From an uncultured Clostridia bacterium (GTDB taxonomy: Bacteria > Acidobacteriota > Blastocatellia > UBA7656), in the NCBI GenBank assembly GCA_964588615.1, contig CAZPQE010000001.1, positions 1 to 42,743 of the forward strand: DNA of 42,743 nucleotides. The letters run 5' to 3'. Under the pieces are notes generated by a model. It ran no database searches. It was not told the origin of the DNA and worked only from the letters and a program-made list of their open reading frames with translations. A program made the position numbers and the translations under genes. Position 1 is the stretch's first letter. Every line of letters begins with the position of its first letter. Of the stretch, positions 24,767-33,663 are shown in pieces.

Positions 24767-26353
24767 TCAGCGCGTCAAACGACCGTCCACTGTTCGCCAC
24801 ACGCCGAGAGGGTTTTCGTCTTTGAGTTCATCAGGCAACATCGAATCCGAAAAGCCCTGATAGCACACTGCTCGCGCGAAGCGATTTATCGCCCGCGTTC
24901 CCACAGAAGTGGATTGCCCGTCTGAAGTCGCAGGAAACGGGCCGCCGTGGGTCATCGCCGAACAGACTTCGACTCCGGTTGGAAAACCGTTGATGACGAT
25001 CCGCCCGACTTTGTTTTCAAGCACGGCAATGAGGTCTCCGCACTCCTGCCGGTCTTCTTCCGCAGCCCACACAGTCGCCGTCAACTGGCCTTCCATCGAG
25101 CGCGCGACCGAGAGCATCTCTTCACGACTGCGATGAGCGATCAGAAGAGTCGAAGGGCCGAAGACCTCTTCGCTCAGTTCGGGATTTTCGAGAAAAGTTC
25201 GGGCATTGGTTCTAAACAACGCCGCCGTCGAGCGGCAATCGGGTGAATCCTCTTCGATCTTTTTTTTCGTTATCGTTTCAACTCTGTCGTCGCGGAAGCG
25301 AGCGCGCACGGCGGCGCTGTATGATTGCGAAATCCCCGGCGTGAGCATAGTGAAATGGTCAGCGCCATCGATCAGACCAGCGAGTCTTTCAGTGAAGCTC
25401 TGCGCCGCATCGTCGTCGGCCATCACCACGAGTCCGGGATTGGTGCAGAACTGGCCCGCGCCCAAAGTGACCGAAGTGTGCAACCCGGCGGCTATCTGAT
25501 CGCCCCGCTCGCGCATCGCGCCTGCGAGAATGAAGACAGGATTGATGCTGCTCATCTCGGCATAAAACGGAATGGGGCAGGGCCGCGCGCGAACGGCTTC
25601 CATCAATGCGCGCCCGCCCGCGCGCGAGCCTGTGAAGCCGACCGCCGCAACAAGCGGATGAGTCACCAGAGACAACCCCGTTTGATTGCCTGCGCCAAAA
25701 ATCAGCGAGAAGACTCCTTCGGGAAGTCCGCACTCGCGCGCGGCTTCCTGCGCGGCGAGGCCGACCATCTCAGAAGTTCCGGGATGAGCCGGGTGAGCTT
25801 TGACGATGACCGGGCAGCCTGCGGCTAAGGCGGAAGCGGTGTCGCCGCCTGCGACTGAAAAAGCGAGAGGGAAATTGCTCGCGCCGAAAACGACGACCGG
25901 CCCCAGAGGTCTGAGCATCGATCTGATGTCGGGCTTTGGCGCGGGCTGGCGCGCGGGGTCGGCGCGATCAATCCTTGCATCAACCCATGATCCTTCTTCG
26001 ACGAGATCGGCGAACATTCGAAGCTGATTGCAGGTGCGAGCGGTTTCCATCTGAATGCGAGCCACAGCGAGCGCGGTCTCACGAGCGGCGCGCGAAGTGA
26101 GAGGCTCGCCGATTGATTCGATGTTGTCGGCGATTTTTCTGAGGAAAGCGGCTTTAGTTTTTCCCGACGCGCGGCCATAGACCGCAAACGCGCTGTCAGC
26201 CAGTCGAACCGCCTGATCGATTTCCGACTCAGTAGCCGAGTGATAAGCAGCAGGCAGTTTTTCGCCCGACGCCGGGGCCAGAGCGAAAAAAGTCTCTGCG
26301 CTGTCTGCTCCTCTCTGAAAACCTATGATCGATTTGCCTGTGAGTTCTGCCAC
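24767..26353 (-). CDS. NADP-dependent aldehyde dehydrogenase, alpha-ketoglutaric semialdehyde (2,5-dioxovalerate) dehydrogenase type (LhpG-like)
   Basis: 528-aa ALDH with catalytic-Cys motif GAGQFCTNPG. The N-terminus is typical of the KGSADH subgroup. It sits in the hydroxyproline operon. GTG start. Confidence 0.8.
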   Translation of the reverse strand: MAELTGKSIIGFQRGADSAETFFALAPASGEKLPAAYHSATESEIDQAVRLADSAFAVYGRASGKTKAAFLRKIADNIESIGEPLTSRAARETALAVARIQMETARTCNQLRMFADLVEEGSWVDARIDRADPARQPAPKPDIRSMLRPLGPVVVFGASNFPLAFSVAGGDTASALAAGCPVIVKAHPAHPGTSEMVGLAAQEAARECGLPEGVFSLIFGAGNQTGLSLVTHPLVAAVGFTGSRAGGRALMEAVRARPCPIPFYAEMSSINPVFILAGAMRERGDQIAAGLHTSVTLGAGQFCTNPGLVVMADDDAAQSFTERLAGLIDGADHFTMLTPGISQSYSAAVRARFRDDRVETITKKKIEEDSPDCRSTAALFRTNARTFLENPELSEEVFGPSTLLIAHRSREEMLSVARSMEGQLTATVWAAEEDRQECGDLIAVLENKVGRIVINGFPTGVEVCSAMTHGGPFPATSDGQSTSVGTRAINRFARAVCYQGFSDSMLPDELKDENPLGVWRTVDGRLTR

Positions 26354-26365
26354 TGATTGCCCCTT

Positions 26366-27271
26366 TCAAACCTGAATCGACGGACGGCGCTCCAATGCCG
26401 CGCGAATCGTCGCTCTCGCTTCTTCAAGTTCCGCGCCGACAAGCTCAAGTCGCGGAGGCCGCACCCGCGCGCTGCCCATGCCGATTTCCTGCTGGACTAG
26501 CTTGATGAGTTGAACGAACTTTGGCACAGTGTCCATCCTCAACAACGGCAGGAACCATTGATAAAGTTCGAATGCTTTTTCGTCTTCGCCGCTGATTGCA
26601 TAGTCGAACAAATCTACGGACTCTTTCGGGAAAGCGTTGACCAGCCCCGCTATCCATCCGGTCGCGCCGACGGCTGCGGCTTCGACTATCGCGTCATCTA
26701 CTCCGACAAAGAGCGAGAGGCGATCACCGACGAGAGCTCGGATCGCGGTCACGCGCCTCACATCGGTGCTCGATTCTTTGACCGCTTTCAGATTCTCGTG
26801 CTCGGCGGCAAGCTCCTCAATGTGCTCAGGAAGAAAGTCAGTGCCATAAGCTACAGGATTGTTGTAGAGCATGCACGAAAGAGGAGTCGCGCCGACGACC
26901 GCAGAAATATAAGCCTTCATCTCTCGCCAGTCGCCGCGATAAACATAAGGCGGAAGCACCATCAACCCTTCGCAGCCTGCGGCTTGAGCCGCGCGCGCAA
27001 GCTCTGTGGCTTCGCGTGTGCCGAGCGCCGAGATAGCCGCAACGACCGGCGCTCTGAGGCCAACTGCATCGATGCAGGTTTTCCAGATGGCCTTCTTTTC
27101 TTCGCTCGTCATAGTCGCGCCTTCGCCGAGCGATCCGGGCGTGACTATTCCGGTGCAGCCGCTATCGATGAGCCAGCGGCAATGCTCGGCCACGAAGCTA
27201 TGATCGATTTCGAGAGATTCATCAAAGCAGGTCGTGATAGCAGGCATCACGCCTTTCCATTCCATCGTCAT
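26366..27271 (-). CDS. DapA/DHDPS-family lyase, probable delta1-pyrroline-4-hydroxy-2-carboxylate deaminase (LhpC-like)
   Basis: 301-aa DHDPS fold (GIVTPGSLGE, Schiff-base Lys in KAVKESS). The function is inferred from operon context. Confidence 0.75.
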   Translation of the reverse strand: MTMEWKGVMPAITTCFDESLEIDHSFVAEHCRWLIDSGCTGIVTPGSLGEGATMTSEEKKAIWKTCIDAVGLRAPVVAAISALGTREATELARAAQAAGCEGLMVLPPYVYRGDWREMKAYISAVVGATPLSCMLYNNPVAYGTDFLPEHIEELAAEHENLKAVKESSTDVRRVTAIRALVGDRLSLFVGVDDAIVEAAAVGATGWIAGLVNAFPKESVDLFDYAISGEDEKAFELYQWFLPLLRMDTVPKFVQLIKLVQQEIGMGSARVRPPRLELVGAELEEARATIRAALERRPSIQV

Positions 27272-27291
27272 TCTTCAATCTCCTTGTGTGT

Positions 27292-27360
27292 GTGTCAGTA
27301 GCCCGCGCGCAAGCAACGATCAATCAAAGAGGCCCTCCCTGACGGTCGGGCTACTGACAC
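27292..27360. repeat. REP/MITE-like palindromic element inside the hydroxyproline operon (orientation A-arm...B-arm)
   Basis: GTGTCAGTAGCCCGCGCGCAAGCAACG...GGCCCTCCCTGACGGTCGGGCTACTGACAC. It overlaps the last 13 codons and the stop of the upstream CDS (27320-27360). Confidence 0.85.
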
Positions 27361-28651
27361 ATTGCGCATCCTTACAGTGCGCCTCGTCTACAGACGCGGC
27401 TGACGTTTGAGCGAGGCTTCCCAGCCGCACGGGAAAAACAGGCGGGCGCATGGATTCGACTCTCCAGCCAAAAAGAAACTCGACGGCAGGGCCGCACACC
27501 CTCGCCTGACACGGCCCCATGCCGCAGCGCGTCTGAAGCTTGGCTGCTCTCCACGAGTCATGCTCTTTCAATCGCTCGAAGTTCACATCTTCGCAGCGAC
27601 ACACGATGGTTTGCGCATCAGGCAGCGATTTCAATTCATCGCGCAGCGCGAAAGCGCGGTTGAGCGAATCGGCAAATCGACGATGGCCTTCCCGCTCGAC
27701 GAACAGTTTTCGCGCTTCATCCCTTCTGCCCGCAGCCGCCAGACCCGCGATCCGGCCTTCGATCAGCGACAATTCAAGCCCGCCGATGCCTGTCGCTTCG
27801 CCCGCACAATAAATCCCCTCGACGGAAGTCTCCTGAAATTCATTCACCACTGCGCTCCCATCTCGCAGTTCGCATCCGAGCAGAGAAGCAAGCTCAAGGT
27901 TAGGGACGAGGTGGAATCCGCAGGCGAGATAATCGCACTCGATCCTGCGCGTCCGTCCCTTTTCGCGCAGCGTGACGCTCTGTAATTTCTCATCCCCGTC
28001 GGCGCGCGCTGGCCAGCAGTCGAAAAAATACCGAATGCCTCGCAGTTCTCTTTTCAATCTGACAGCCTGCATCGCTTTGCCCGACTGTCTGATGAGCGAC
28101 CACGCAAAGCGCATCACTCGACTGCGCGGTGTCTGTTCGGCGACAGCCAGCACCTGAGCGCCGCGCTTGCTGAGATAACCCGCTACGGCCAGAAGCAGAG
28201 GCCCGCTTCCGGCGACGACGACTCTCTTGCCGCTTACCGGCAATCCTGATTTGACGAGAGCCTGAAGTCCTCCCGCGCCAAAAACATTAGGAAGCGTCCA
28301 GCCCTCGAAAGGCAGGAATCGCTCACGCGCGCCGGTGGCAAGAATCAAGCTGGAATAGTTCAGTTCATAAACGTCCTCTTCGCTTTCGGCCAGCAGCAGC
28401 CCCGGTCGAATTTGATCGAACACTCTCGCGCCGTGAATGAATCGAACATTCGAGCGTCGAATTTTTTCCAGCCATCGCGCCGCTTCAATCGTGACTGGCT
28501 TCGCATGCTCTCCTCGCCAGATTTGACCTCCCGCTCCGGCATTGTCATCGATGATGGTGACGCGATGAAGGCTTTCGGCCAGAACTGAAGCCGCAGCGAT
28601 CCCGGCAGGGCCGCCGCCCACTATCAGCGCGTCGCTATCGATTTTAATCAT
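27320..28651 (-). CDS. FAD/NAD(P)-binding oxidoreductase, large subunit of heteromeric D-hydroxyproline dehydrogenase (LhpF / opine-oxidase A-like)
   Basis: N-terminal ALIVGGGPAGIAAA dinucleotide motif. 443 aa. An 8-nt overlap with the 2Fe-2S subunit gene. The C-terminal 13 aa are encoded by the repeat element. Confidence 0.75.
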   Translation of the reverse strand: MIKIDSDALIVGGGPAGIAAASVLAESLHRVTIIDDNAGAGGQIWRGEHAKPVTIEAARWLEKIRRSNVRFIHGARVFDQIRPGLLLAESEEDVYELNYSSLILATGARERFLPFEGWTLPNVFGAGGLQALVKSGLPVSGKRVVVAGSGPLLLAVAGYLSKRGAQVLAVAEQTPRSRVMRFAWSLIRQSGKAMQAVRLKRELRGIRYFFDCWPARADGDEKLQSVTLREKGRTRRIECDYLACGFHLVPNLELASLLGCELRDGSAVVNEFQETSVEGIYCAGEATGIGGLELSLIEGRIAGLAAAGRRDEARKLFVEREGHRRFADSLNRAFALRDELKSLPDAQTIVCRCEDVNFERLKEHDSWRAAKLQTRCGMGPCQARVCGPAVEFLFGWRVESMRPPVFPVRLGSLAQTSAASVDEAHCKDAQCVSSPTVREGLFD

Positions 28652-28889
28652 CAGTCCTCACTCGCATTCCATCGCGGCAGAGTATCTGACAACTGCGCGA
28701 GTGCCGCCGTCCGTCAATCGTCACGCGGCATTCGAAGCAGATGCCCATGCCGCAGAGCGGGCCGCGAGGATCTCCACTGATCGACCGTCGAAAAGCGGTC
28801 ACGCCCGCAATCATCACCGCCGCTGAAACCATGCACCCCTCATCGACAGTGATCGCCCGGTCATTGATGAACAGTCTTATCTCAGACAT
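28644..28889 (-). CDS. Small (2Fe-2S)-binding subunit of D-hydroxyproline dehydrogenase (LhpE-like)
   Basis: 81 aa starting [18 protein letters not shown], with Cys cluster CGMGICFEC...SC. I chose the internal Met at 28889. It overlaps both neighbours by 8 nt. Confidence 0.75.
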   Translation of the reverse strand: MSEIRLFINDRAITVDEGCMVSAAVMIAGVTAFRRSISGDPRGPLCGMGICFECRVTIDGRRHSRSCQILCRDGMRVRTDD

Positions 28890-29994
28890 GAGCGACCTCC
28901 TCACGCGCGGGCAGAAAAGGCGCGATCGGGATAGCCGATTCCCGATCAAGCAACTGATCGATGAGCAATCTCGCCGTGCCGAGCGAAGTCGTGATTCCAA
29001 GCCCCTCGTGTCCGGTCGCAAGATAAAGATTCTCCTGCCGGGGGTGAGGGCCTATCAGCGGCAGGTTGTCCGAGGTCGCCGGTCGAAATCCCGTCCACGC
29101 GCGTATGGCGGAAATCTGTTCGAGACCGGGCAGATAGTGACAGGCGCGATCGAGCATTCGACTCAATATGCGCGATTCGACTTTCGTGTCTTCTGCTCCG
29201 TATTGCCGCGACGAGCCGATGAGCATCTGCCCTGTCCGACGCGGCTGGATGTTGAAGGCTATGGAAGCGGCGTCGTGCGAGTGCGCGCTCTTGAGATAGC
29301 CAAGCTCTACGAGTTGATGGCGAACGAATCCCGGATAGCGATCCGTGATTACCAGATGCCCTTTGCGCTTCTGCACGTCCAGCCCTGGCGTGAGCGCCGA
29401 AGACCACGCGCCCGCCGCGTTGATGGTCACGGCGGAACCGATAAAAGAACCATCGGCGAGCCTCGCGCCCTCGTCGGTGATTTCGATGACCGGTCGGCCC
29501 ACCATCAAATCGGCTCCCCGCGCCTGTTTCAGGATGAACCTCGCGGCAGCGGGCGGATAGATCACGCTGTCGCCAGCAATGAGCAGCCCTCCTGCAAGTC
29601 CCGGCCTGAGATTGGGCTCCGTCTCGTAGAGAGATTTTTCATCGAGCATTTCGACCGTGATGCCGCGAGCGCGATAAAACTGTTCCTTGCGCCTGGCTTC
29701 CGTCATGTCTTCCGCGTCAGTCGCTACCCAGATCGTGCCGCATGGATCGTATTCGCCATCGAGAGGCATCTCCAGTTCATCCCACAGAGTTTGCGAATAA
29801 CGGGTGAGCGCGAACTGAGCCGGGGAATCGTCCATCACTGTGATGTGGCCCATGCCTGCGGCAGTCGCGCCGCCCGCGATCATGCTGGCTTCGATGACTG
29901 CGACGCTCAGACCCTCGCGCGCGCATTCGGCTGCGCAGGCCGCGCCGACTATGCCTGCGCCGACTATCGCCACGTCATAAGACTTCCGCGTCAT
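28882..29994 (-). CDS. FAD-dependent oxidoreductase (DadA-like), catalytic subunit of D-hydroxyproline dehydrogenase (LhpB-like)
   Basis: [16 protein letters not shown] Rossmann motif. 370 aa. ATGA overlap with the epimerase gene. Confidence 0.8.
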   Translation of the reverse strand: MTRKSYDVAIVGAGIVGAACAAECAREGLSVAVIEASMIAGGATAAGMGHITVMDDSPAQFALTRYSQTLWDELEMPLDGEYDPCGTIWVATDAEDMTEARRKEQFYRARGITVEMLDEKSLYETEPNLRPGLAGGLLIAGDSVIYPPAAARFILKQARGADLMVGRPVIEITDEGARLADGSFIGSAVTINAAGAWSSALTPGLDVQKRKGHLVITDRYPGFVRHQLVELGYLKSAHSHDAASIAFNIQPRRTGQMLIGSSRQYGAEDTKVESRILSRMLDRACHYLPGLEQISAIRAWTGFRPATSDNLPLIGPHPRQENLYLATGHEGLGITTSLGTARLLIDQLLDRESAIPIAPFLPAREEVAHV

Positions 29995-30929
29995 CTGCCA
30001 ATTCCCATGCAGAATGGATCGCGCTCATCGAGTATGAGATCGGCTTCGGCGGTGATGAACGCCATGCCCGTGATGCTCGGATAAATCCTGTCATCGATGA
30101 TCGAAACGCTGCCTTCGAATACGCTGCCGACGATGCTCTCCTGTCGCCACACCTGTCCCTCCGCGAGTTTTCCGTCGGCGTATAGACAGGCCATCTTTGC
30201 GCTCGTGCCGGTTCCGCAGGGCGAGCGGTCGTAAGCCTTGCCTGGACACAGCACGAAGTTTTTGCTGTCGACCTCTTCGATTGCGGAAGGGCCGAATAAT
30301 TCTATGTGATCGATTTCCTGACCGCGCTCTCCGGTGACGCCCTGCGCGGAGAGCGCAAGGCGTATGCGCCAGGCGAATTCGGTCAACTCGTCGAGGTTGG
30401 CCAGCGACAGTTCCAAAGGATGATCCTCGACCAGAAAGAACCAATTGCCGCCCCAGGCGATGTCGCCGCAGACGGTTCCGTATCCCGCTACATCGACGGC
30501 GACGCGCGCAGATGTGCGAAAGCTCGGCACATTTCTGATGGTCACTTTGCCTGACTCGTCGAGGCGCGCTTCGACTGCGCCCGCAGGGGTTTCTATGCGA
30601 TGAGCGCCCGGAGAGATTCGATTCAAATAAGCCAGCGTGACTACGAGGCCGATGGTTCCGTGTCCGCACATTCCGAGATAGCCCACATTATTGAAGAAGA
30701 TCACTCCTGCCGCTGAACTCGAATCGACTGGCTGGCAGAGCAGCGCGCCGACTACGGCGTCCGACCCGCGCGGCTCGCAGGCGACAGCCGCGCGATAATG
30801 GTCGTAATCGTTTTTGAGCCTGTCTAATCGCTCGGCCATCGAGCCGTTGCCCAGTTCAGGGAATCCGCTGACGACCACCCGCGTAGGCTCGCCGCCGGTG
30901 TGAGAATCGATAATGTGAATACGTTTCAT
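29991..30929 (-). CDS. 4-hydroxyproline 2-epimerase (proline racemase family, LhpA-like)
   Basis: [20 protein letters not shown]-terminus. Both catalytic cysteines are present (GMCGHGTIG and [11 protein letters not shown]), which indicates an epimerase/racemase rather than a dehydratase-type member. Confidence 0.85.
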   Translation of the reverse strand: MKRIHIIDSHTGGEPTRVVVSGFPELGNGSMAERLDRLKNDYDHYRAAVACEPRGSDAVVGALLCQPVDSSSAAGVIFFNNVGYLGMCGHGTIGLVVTLAYLNRISPGAHRIETPAGAVEARLDESGKVTIRNVPSFRTSARVAVDVAGYGTVCGDIAWGGNWFFLVEDHPLELSLANLDELTEFAWRIRLALSAQGVTGERGQEIDHIELFGPSAIEEVDSKNFVLCPGKAYDRSPCGTGTSAKMACLYADGKLAEGQVWRQESIVGSVFEGSVSIIDDRIYPSITGMAFITAEADLILDERDPFCMGIGR

Positions 30930-31010
30930 CCTGATGCCCGACATCATTCAAAGGCAGAATACTCCTGTCCGTCCATTAGAGCGTGTCTGCCATCTCTGGA
31001 AGCGACGGCT

Positions 31011-31080
31011 GTGTCAGTAGCCCGACCGTCTGGCTTGCTTGCGACACTCAAGCCCTTGCTCACGCGCGGGCTACCGACAC
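31011..31080. repeat. REP/MITE-like palindromic element (orientation B-arm...A-arm) between the AraC gene and the epimerase gene
   Basis: GTGTCAGTAGCCCGACCGTCTGG...GCCCTTGCTCACGCGCGGGCTACcGACAC. It is itself flanked by the 10-bp inverted repeat GCGTGTCTGC (30981-30990) / GCAGACACGC (31093-31102). Confidence 0.85.
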
Positions 31081-31164
31081 GTCCCTCAGTTTGCAGACAC
31101 GCTTTTAGTAAAACACCGGAGCGGCTGGCGTGTATTGAACGAGCGTAAGGTCGCTTGAACGCGA

Positions 31165-31986
31165 TTAGGATTTGCGAAGCAAATCGCGGTATTGAGCCGG
31201 AGGCATGCCTATGTGCTGTTTGAAGGTGCGGGTGAGATGGCTCTGATCCGAAAAGCCGGCTTCGAGCGCGATGCGGCTCAATGGAAGATCGGTTGAGGCG
31301 AGCGACTGGCAGGCAAAATCTATTCGCCGCCGCCGGAGATAAGTTCCGATAGTGCAGTTGTAGTGTTTGTGGAAAACCTGCGAGAGATGCGCGGGATGGA
31401 TGCCGACTTCCTGAGCTATTTCAGCCAGCGTGATGGGTTCGCTGAACCGGTCGTGAAGAAACTCTCTGGCGCGTTCGAGCCACAGCGGGGGCCGCGAGAT
31501 CGAAGGGCAGGCGGCGGAGCGCGAGGTCTCGCCTACCATTTCGAAGATCAGTCCTTCGATCACCAGCGGGGAGATTTCATCCATTTCGAGAAATTCCCGA
31601 TAGAGCCTGCGGGCCAGCACGATGAGAAGGCCGCCGTCGAAATCAGCCGAGGTGCTTATTATCCGCGAGTGCTCGCGCAGACGATCGAGCCACGAATTCT
31701 CTATCTCGACGATGAGCGAGCATCCGCCCGCGCGATTGAAATGCTCCGCGTGCGTCTCGCCTGCGGCGTGGAACAGGAAAGTCGAAGGCTGGCAGGCGCG
31801 AGTCCTGGATCCGTAGGTGGCAGTGTAGCCGCCGCGCACGACATAGCAGAAGAGGGCGTTGTCGTGGGCGTGCCTGGGCGACTGGAAGTTGGCCGCATAT
31901 TGTCGCTCCCACAGGGTGAACGGGCCTGTGCGGTGACTGCGTACTCCCTTGCCGTGCAGGTCGGTGTTTGCCAATGTTACAGACAT
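31165..31986 (-). CDS. AraC family transcriptional regulator (cupin-like sensor + HTH)
   Basis: C-terminal dual HTH (LAEIAQEVGIHPAHLSQVFHK; IALEAGFSDQSHLTRTFK). The start at 31986 has a GGGAGA Shine-Dalgarno. The alternative ATG at 32076 cannot be excluded. Confidence 0.8.
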   Translation of the reverse strand: MSVTLANTDLHGKGVRSHRTGPFTLWERQYAANFQSPRHAHDNALFCYVVRGGYTATYGSRTRACQPSTFLFHAAGETHAEHFNRAGGCSLIVEIENSWLDRLREHSRIISTSADFDGGLLIVLARRLYREFLEMDEISPLVIEGLIFEMVGETSRSAACPSISRPPLWLERAREFLHDRFSEPITLAEIAQEVGIHPAHLSQVFHKHYNCTIGTYLRRRRIDFACQSLASTDLPLSRIALEAGFSDQSHLTRTFKQHIGMPPAQYRDLLRKS

Positions 31987-32094
31987 GACTTGATCTCCCA
32001 CGCGCCCTTCCAATCGCGTGAGACAGATTATATCCGAACGCCCGGTTTTTGAAAGCGCATTCTTGAAGAAATCCATGTCTTCTGAAAGGCCGTC

Positions 32095-33069
32095 TCAGGG
32101 GTTCCTGCTCTCGGGCGGCTTGTCAGTGACCGGCCTGTCGAGCTTTTCTTCGCTCGTGACCTGAAAGCGTTTGAAGCTGGTGTAGGTGTAGGTGAGCCGC
32201 CCGTGGAGCAGCAGTTCGGGCTTACTCTTGTTTTGAAAGTGAGTGAAGAAACTGAACACGAATTTTCTGGGGGCGAGTATGCCGAAATCGCTCGGCCCGT
32301 AGTTCTGTTCGTACCGCACCAGGGTGAGCGGAGACTCTGATTTGGGATGTCGGACGATGATCTCGCGCTCTTCTCGCCATATCTGGAATGTTCGCGCATC
32401 GAGCCAGAGTGTGCCTCGCCATCGAGGCTGCGGGTCTCGAAATTCCGGAGGCAAACTGACCTTGTACGCCTCCGGAGCGCCTGTGGTCTGCTGTTGTCGA
32501 ACGATTATCATTTCGGTTCCATCGACGATCTCTCTGCCTGCGACTTCGAAGCTGTAACGATGGCGATGCTTTTCCTTCAACGCCACTCCCTGATTGAGCG
32601 TGAAGCCTCTCATCCAGAATTGCAGGTCGTAGCGATAGCTCTCGCGGTTGATCCGCTCAAGCTCTTTCTCTACGGACTTGACTTTCGAAAGCCACTCGAA
32701 CAAACCCATCACGCGCTGCTGGCGGTCTTTAATCGCCTTGCCATCGACCTCGCGGATGTTGTGATACTCGAAGGTGTCTTTTTGGTCGAGGCGCGACTCG
32801 TAGACTATGAAATCCGACACGATGACTCGACGCTGTTCGAGCTTGCCCGACGGGCTGAAAATCTCGGTGATTTTGGTCTCCTCAGCGGTGAGGTCTTTGA
32901 ACTTCGCGCTATATTCCTCCGACTGTCGGGCTGCCTGAGTGATTATGTGTTCGGTATCGGGCGAAGATTGCCGCGCCAGCGCCAGGACTGCGATGCAGAA
33001 AATAATCAAAGGCAGCGGGATGAAATGAAACGGCTTTCTCAGTATCGAAAGCTTTGCGGCAAATGTCAT
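32095..33069 (-). CDS. Hypothetical exported/membrane-anchored protein (325 aa)
   Basis: AGGAGG Shine-Dalgarno 7 nt upstream of the ATG at 33069. N-terminal hydrophobic segment (FIPLPLIIFCIAVLALA). I recognise no family; it could have a LolA-like beta fold. Confidence 0.6.
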   Translation of the reverse strand: MTFAAKLSILRKPFHFIPLPLIIFCIAVLALARQSSPDTEHIITQAARQSEEYSAKFKDLTAEETKITEIFSPSGKLEQRRVIVSDFIVYESRLDQKDTFEYHNIREVDGKAIKDRQQRVMGLFEWLSKVKSVEKELERINRESYRYDLQFWMRGFTLNQGVALKEKHRHRYSFEVAGREIVDGTEMIIVRQQQTTGAPEAYKVSLPPEFRDPQPRWRGTLWLDARTFQIWREEREIIVRHPKSESPLTLVRYEQNYGPSDFGILAPRKFVFSFFTHFQNKSKPELLLHGRLTYTYTSFKRFQVTSEEKLDRPVTDKPPESRNP

Positions 33070-33305
33070 AAACACACCTCCTGGGTTGGTGGTCATTTCG
33101 GCATCGGTCGTTTCAAAGAACGAGTATAGCCATTTCCTTTGCGCAAAGGCAGTCGGGCTGCGCGTCAACCACAGCGCCTTGAACTGTCCCCGGCTTTGGG
33201 AGCAGAATTGGCTCGACTATGACAGGATCGCCTTTTGAATTGAAGAGCGACCTCTTATGCTGAATAATGAGCTTGCCGGTGAAAAGATGAGCGAGGGAAT
33301 AACCG

Positions 33306-33590
33306 ATGAGCGATGAGGATAAGACCCTGATATTGCCTGAAAGCGAAGTCCCCGCAGACAAGATAACGAAGCCGGGGGTCGAAGCTATTCTTGATCGAAT
33401 TAACAGTCTCGGCGATGAATTGAGAGTCGAGATTCGACAACTCCGCGAGGAATTGCGTAAGGAGATGAATGAAGGGTTTGACTTGATAAACCGCAAGCTC
33501 AGTATTCTCGCCAGTGAAGACTTGAATCGCAGGGCCGAGATAGAAAAAATTCGGGATAGAATCGCCGACCTGGAGCGCAAGGCTTCTTAG
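33306..33590 (+). CDS. Hypothetical coiled-coil protein (94 aa)
   Basis: GAGGGA Shine-Dalgarno. The sequence is charged and heptad-like (LGDELRVEIRQLREELRKEM...IEKIRDRIADLERK). The overlapping minus-strand ORFs are Ser/Arg/Leu-rich and look like antisense artefacts. Confidence 0.45.
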   Translation: MSDEDKTLILPESEVPADKITKPGVEAILDRINSLGDELRVEIRQLREELRKEMNEGFDLINRKLSILASEDLNRRAEIEKIRDRIADLERKAS

Positions 33591-33663
33591 GAATATCCCC
33601 ATCTGGCCGCGACAAGTTTTGCAAACGACTGTGAATCGCTTGTTGAAGAGCAGGTAGTTTCAT

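Noticed and set aside
28741-30084. 447-aa plus-strand ORF
   Set aside because: It is antisense to the LhpB-like FAD oxidoreductase and the 2Fe-2S subunit genes, which have clear family motifs. The ORF is extremely Arg-rich, as expected for antisense frames of GC-rich genes.
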